Below, piece by piece: positions 54,721 through 56,630 of a DNA stretch of 56,630 nt; positions within the stretch are counted from its first letter, which is position 1, and every line of letters starts with the position of its first letter. The stretch spans positions 1 through 56,630 of the forward strand of contig JAQUPA010000002.1 of the NCBI GenBank assembly GCA_028716825.1. The letters are read 5' to 3'. A program made the translations under genes and the position numbers. The stretch comes from Minisyncoccota bacterium. Its GTDB lineage: Bacteria; Patescibacteriota; Minisyncoccia; Minisyncoccales; GCA-002788555. The notes under the pieces were generated by a model that saw only the letters and a program-made list of their open reading frames with translations, was not told the origin of the DNA and ran no database searches.

Positions 54721-56031
54721 CTATTCTGTCCAATAATACATCATTATACTAAAGTCAATAAGATCTACCGTATCTGAATCATTTATATTCGCACAATTAT
54801 TAATTGGATTTCTTTGCCCCCAAAAGTAAAGAAGTATTGAAAAGTCAATAATGTTAATTTCTCCATCAAGGTTTAAATCAGCCCCTTTACACTCTCTTTC
54901 AGAAATCGCAAAAATATCAAAACTTAACTCCTTGCTAAAATCACTATATTCACCAAGTGGCGATAAAGCCCTTGCTATTAAATTATAAGTTCCTTTCCCA
55001 AAATTATCTGTATTAAGGCTATAAGACCATCTTCCGTTTATGCCTGCCTTTATTGTAAATAATTTATTCCCTGGAGATAAAAATGTAGTCACAGTGCTTG
55101 AAGGATAGGTTGTTCCGGATATTGTAATATTTTCTCCTTTATAAACTTGATTTGTTGAAAGAGAAATTGTTGGAGATAAAAAAACTCCAGAAACCGTGGT
55201 CGAAGTGCCTGCAGCAAGATTAAGTGTATAAAAAATAGTTCTTGTATCTCTTCCTTTCGAATCTTTTCCATAAATTCCAAAAACGGAAATACCAGGTGAC
55301 ACAGCTGTTATTTTCTTTGAAAAAGATCCATTAGTTAAAATTTGCGTTGTCCCAACAATAGCACCTCCTCTTAAAATTGTGACAAATGCACCTGGAGAAC
55401 CCTTGCCCTTAAAAATAATTTCTGCAGTAGTTGGTTGAGCAATTACTGTTGCTGTAATACTTATACCAGATAAAATATCAAACCTTGACCTTGCAAAATC
55501 AACATCGGCAGTACAAGAAGAATTAGAATATGTATAAATTCTCGTAGCAAAAGATCCACTTGATGAGGGATTTTTAATTCCAGAAAGAACCAAAGAAATG
55601 TTTGCGCCAGGTGCCTCTCCTGCTATATTTGTTAATTTTAAAGTGCCGTTTGTTGCAGTATCTAATGTCCAGTTGCCAGAAGTAAAGCCCGTAAAAGTTC
55701 CTTTTGAAGCGCTCGTAGTTTGCATTCCTGTTGGCGTTGTACAACTGCCCGTTGAGCTTGTACAAGATTTAATTATAATACAACGCAAAACGTCGGGCGA
55801 GGAACCTTCCCACTGATAATTATAAGTTACATTACTCATTGAAGGTCTTGAGTCAGAAATAGTTGTTGATTGATTAGTAAGTTGTGCTGCGATTATTTTT
55901 GGAGAAAAAAATATAAAGAAAAAAAGAATAAAAAAACAGCTCACAAGAAAAATCCAAAATTTTTTAGAAATTATTTTTCTATTTTTGAATCTTCCTGGTG
56001 AGCTGTTTTTTAAATTTAAAAAGTAATACAT
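54721..56031 (-). CDS. Thr/Ser-rich secreted protein with a C-terminal dockerin-like module
   Basis: C-terminus DLNLDGEINIIDFSILLYFW ... NINDSDTVDLIDFSIMMYYW = two calcium-binding dockerin-type repeats. Confidence 0.6.
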   Translation of the reverse strand: MYYFLNLKNSSPGRFKNRKIISKKFWIFLVSCFFILFFFIFFSPKIIAAQLTNQSTTISDSRPSMSNVTYNYQWEGSSPDVLRCIIIKSCTSSTGSCTTPTGMQTTSASKGTFTGFTSGNWTLDTATNGTLKLTNIAGEAPGANISLVLSGIKNPSSSGSFATRIYTYSNSSCTADVDFARSRFDILSGISITATVIAQPTTAEIIFKGKGSPGAFVTILRGGAIVGTTQILTNGSFSKKITAVSPGISVFGIYGKDSKGRDTRTIFYTLNLAAGTSTTVSGVFLSPTISLSTNQVYKGENITISGTTYPSSTVTTFLSPGNKLFTIKAGINGRWSYSLNTDNFGKGTYNLIARALSPLGEYSDFSKELSFDIFAISERECKGADLNLDGEINIIDFSILLYFWGQRNPINNCANINDSDTVDLIDFSIMMYYWTE

Positions 56032-56076
56032 CCATTTAAATAAATGTAAAAAGGAATAAATTTCTTTTTAGAAAAT

Positions 56077-56630
56077 TTATACTACTTTTTTCGGCGGCTC
56101 TTGTCCCCCTTCTTTTTCTTTTAATACTTGATTTGCTTTTTTGATTTTTTTGTTTGTCCTAGCAATAATCCAAACAACAATAATCAAAACTATTAAAGCA
56201 GGAAGAGCAATTTGCCAAGGAAAAGCCCAAAAATCAACTGAAGCCGTCAAGGGGGTATTCTGAGAACCATAGCTTCCAGAAAGCGTTGCTCGGTACCTTA
56301 TTCCCCAAAGCCACTGATTTTTCAACTGGGTCTCTACTTTCCTGACAGCGCCTGGCAAAACATTCTTTTGTGGAACGTTAACTTTCGCAACTTCATTTCC
56401 AAAAATATCAGTAACTGTAATGACGCCCGTTGGTTTTTCATGCACCGTACCCTCATTTAACAAACGAAGAACTAAAGGTACAGGCCCTCGGCTAATAAAG
56501 CCGGGAACTGAAAAATCTTTTACCTGAACATCTTCTTCTATCGGACCCGAAACAGAAACTAAAAGTAAAGAACCTATTTTTGGATTAATGGTTGCTCCAC
56601 TTTGCTTTGGTCCCGTAACACCAGTAACGC
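56077..56630 (-). CDS. surface protein with a C-terminal membrane anchor, 5'-truncated by the window edge
   Basis: The reading frame stays open from the track's TTG (56463) to base 56630. C-terminal WAFPWQIALPALIVLIIVVWII anchor followed by basic residues. Confidence 0.5.
   Translation of the reverse strand, partial: VTGVTGPKQSGATINPKIGSLLLVSVSGPIEEDVQVKDFSVPGFISRGPVPLVLRLLNEGTVHEKPTGVITVTDIFGNEVAKVNVPQKNVLPGAVRKVETQLKNQWLWGIRYRATLSGSYGSQNTPLTASVDFWAFPWQIALPALIVLIIVVWIIARTNKKIKKANQVLKEKEGGQEPPKKVV

Noticed and set aside
9378-55765. Short minus-strand ORFs nested out of frame in larger genes (9378..9602, 21797..21994, 28571..28792, 37940..38122, 38126..38308, 44454..44750, 53095..53283, 55089..55280, 55574..55765)
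   Set aside because: They are alternative frames of well-supported genes (pheT, glyQS, ileS, rhomboid and others), with no independent signals.
3713-55816. All other plus-strand ORFs in the track (for example 3713..3973, 6272..6826, 14724..15191, 29637..30107, 50071..50565)
   Set aside because: Each lies entirely antisense within a longer minus-strand gene that has clear family motifs. These are the shadow ORFs expected in AT-rich DNA, and none has an SD or a recognisable motif.
1-56630. CRISPR array, cas genes, reverse transcriptase (retron/DGR), integrase or transposase
   Set aside because: I looked for regularly spaced direct repeats and for the characteristic protein motifs and found none. 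The only repeats are the pairwise duplications and short tandem repeats reported above.
1-56630. Alternative genetic code (UGA recoding, as in some CPR lineages)
   Set aside because: Long housekeeping genes are intact and of normal length under the standard code. TGA appears as a plausible stop, for example at the end of the 58-aa ORF.

Overview
The window is AT-rich: hand-sampled 60-nt lines of housekeeping genes give about 25-30% GC. It is gene-dense, and every credible protein gene and all five tRNAs lie on the minus strand. The backbone holds pheS-pheT, trpS, glyQS, ileS, infB-rbfA, recO and the division/wall set mraZ-rsmH-ftsL-like-PBP. It also holds LCP, Ctp, rhomboid and a secretin-less type IV pilus cluster (pilB-pilC-pilins-pilM/N/O-like) with a two-component pair, plus cohesin/dockerin-like surface proteins. 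This content looks like a reduced, CPR/Patescibacteria-like bacterium (inference only). Five things the ORF track does not explain stand out. (1) A mosaic accessory region spans about 3.36-7.98 kb. It carries a radical SAM/SPASM enzyme preceded by an unlisted 58-codon Cys-rich ORF (candidate RiPP precursor), an HExxH protein, a ThiF/E1-like enzyme and a LuxI-like acyltransferase. Part of it is bracketed by a direct repeat made of the duplicated 3' end plus terminator of the neighbouring NUDIX gene. (2) A second block (12.35-16.65 kb) is bracketed by a perfect 42-bp direct repeat, again a gene 3' end plus terminator. It encodes a radical-SAM-like protein with a Cx8Cx2C motif, a CYTH enzyme, a weakly PRTase-like protein, a GreA-like protein and a dTMP-kinase-like protein, and it sits next to HD and RNHCP genes. 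(3) Two ORF-free, structured stretches of about 450-480 nt each have their own promoter and intrinsic terminator: 8465-8945 on the plus strand and 42522-42969 on the minus strand. I cannot place either in a known RNA class. (4) A GxxExxY gene is framed by inverted 18-mers. (5) Three paralogous cohesin-like membrane proteins sit next to one dockerin-bearing protein. All family calls are motif recognition from memory and all coordinates were counted by hand. No search or folding program was run.
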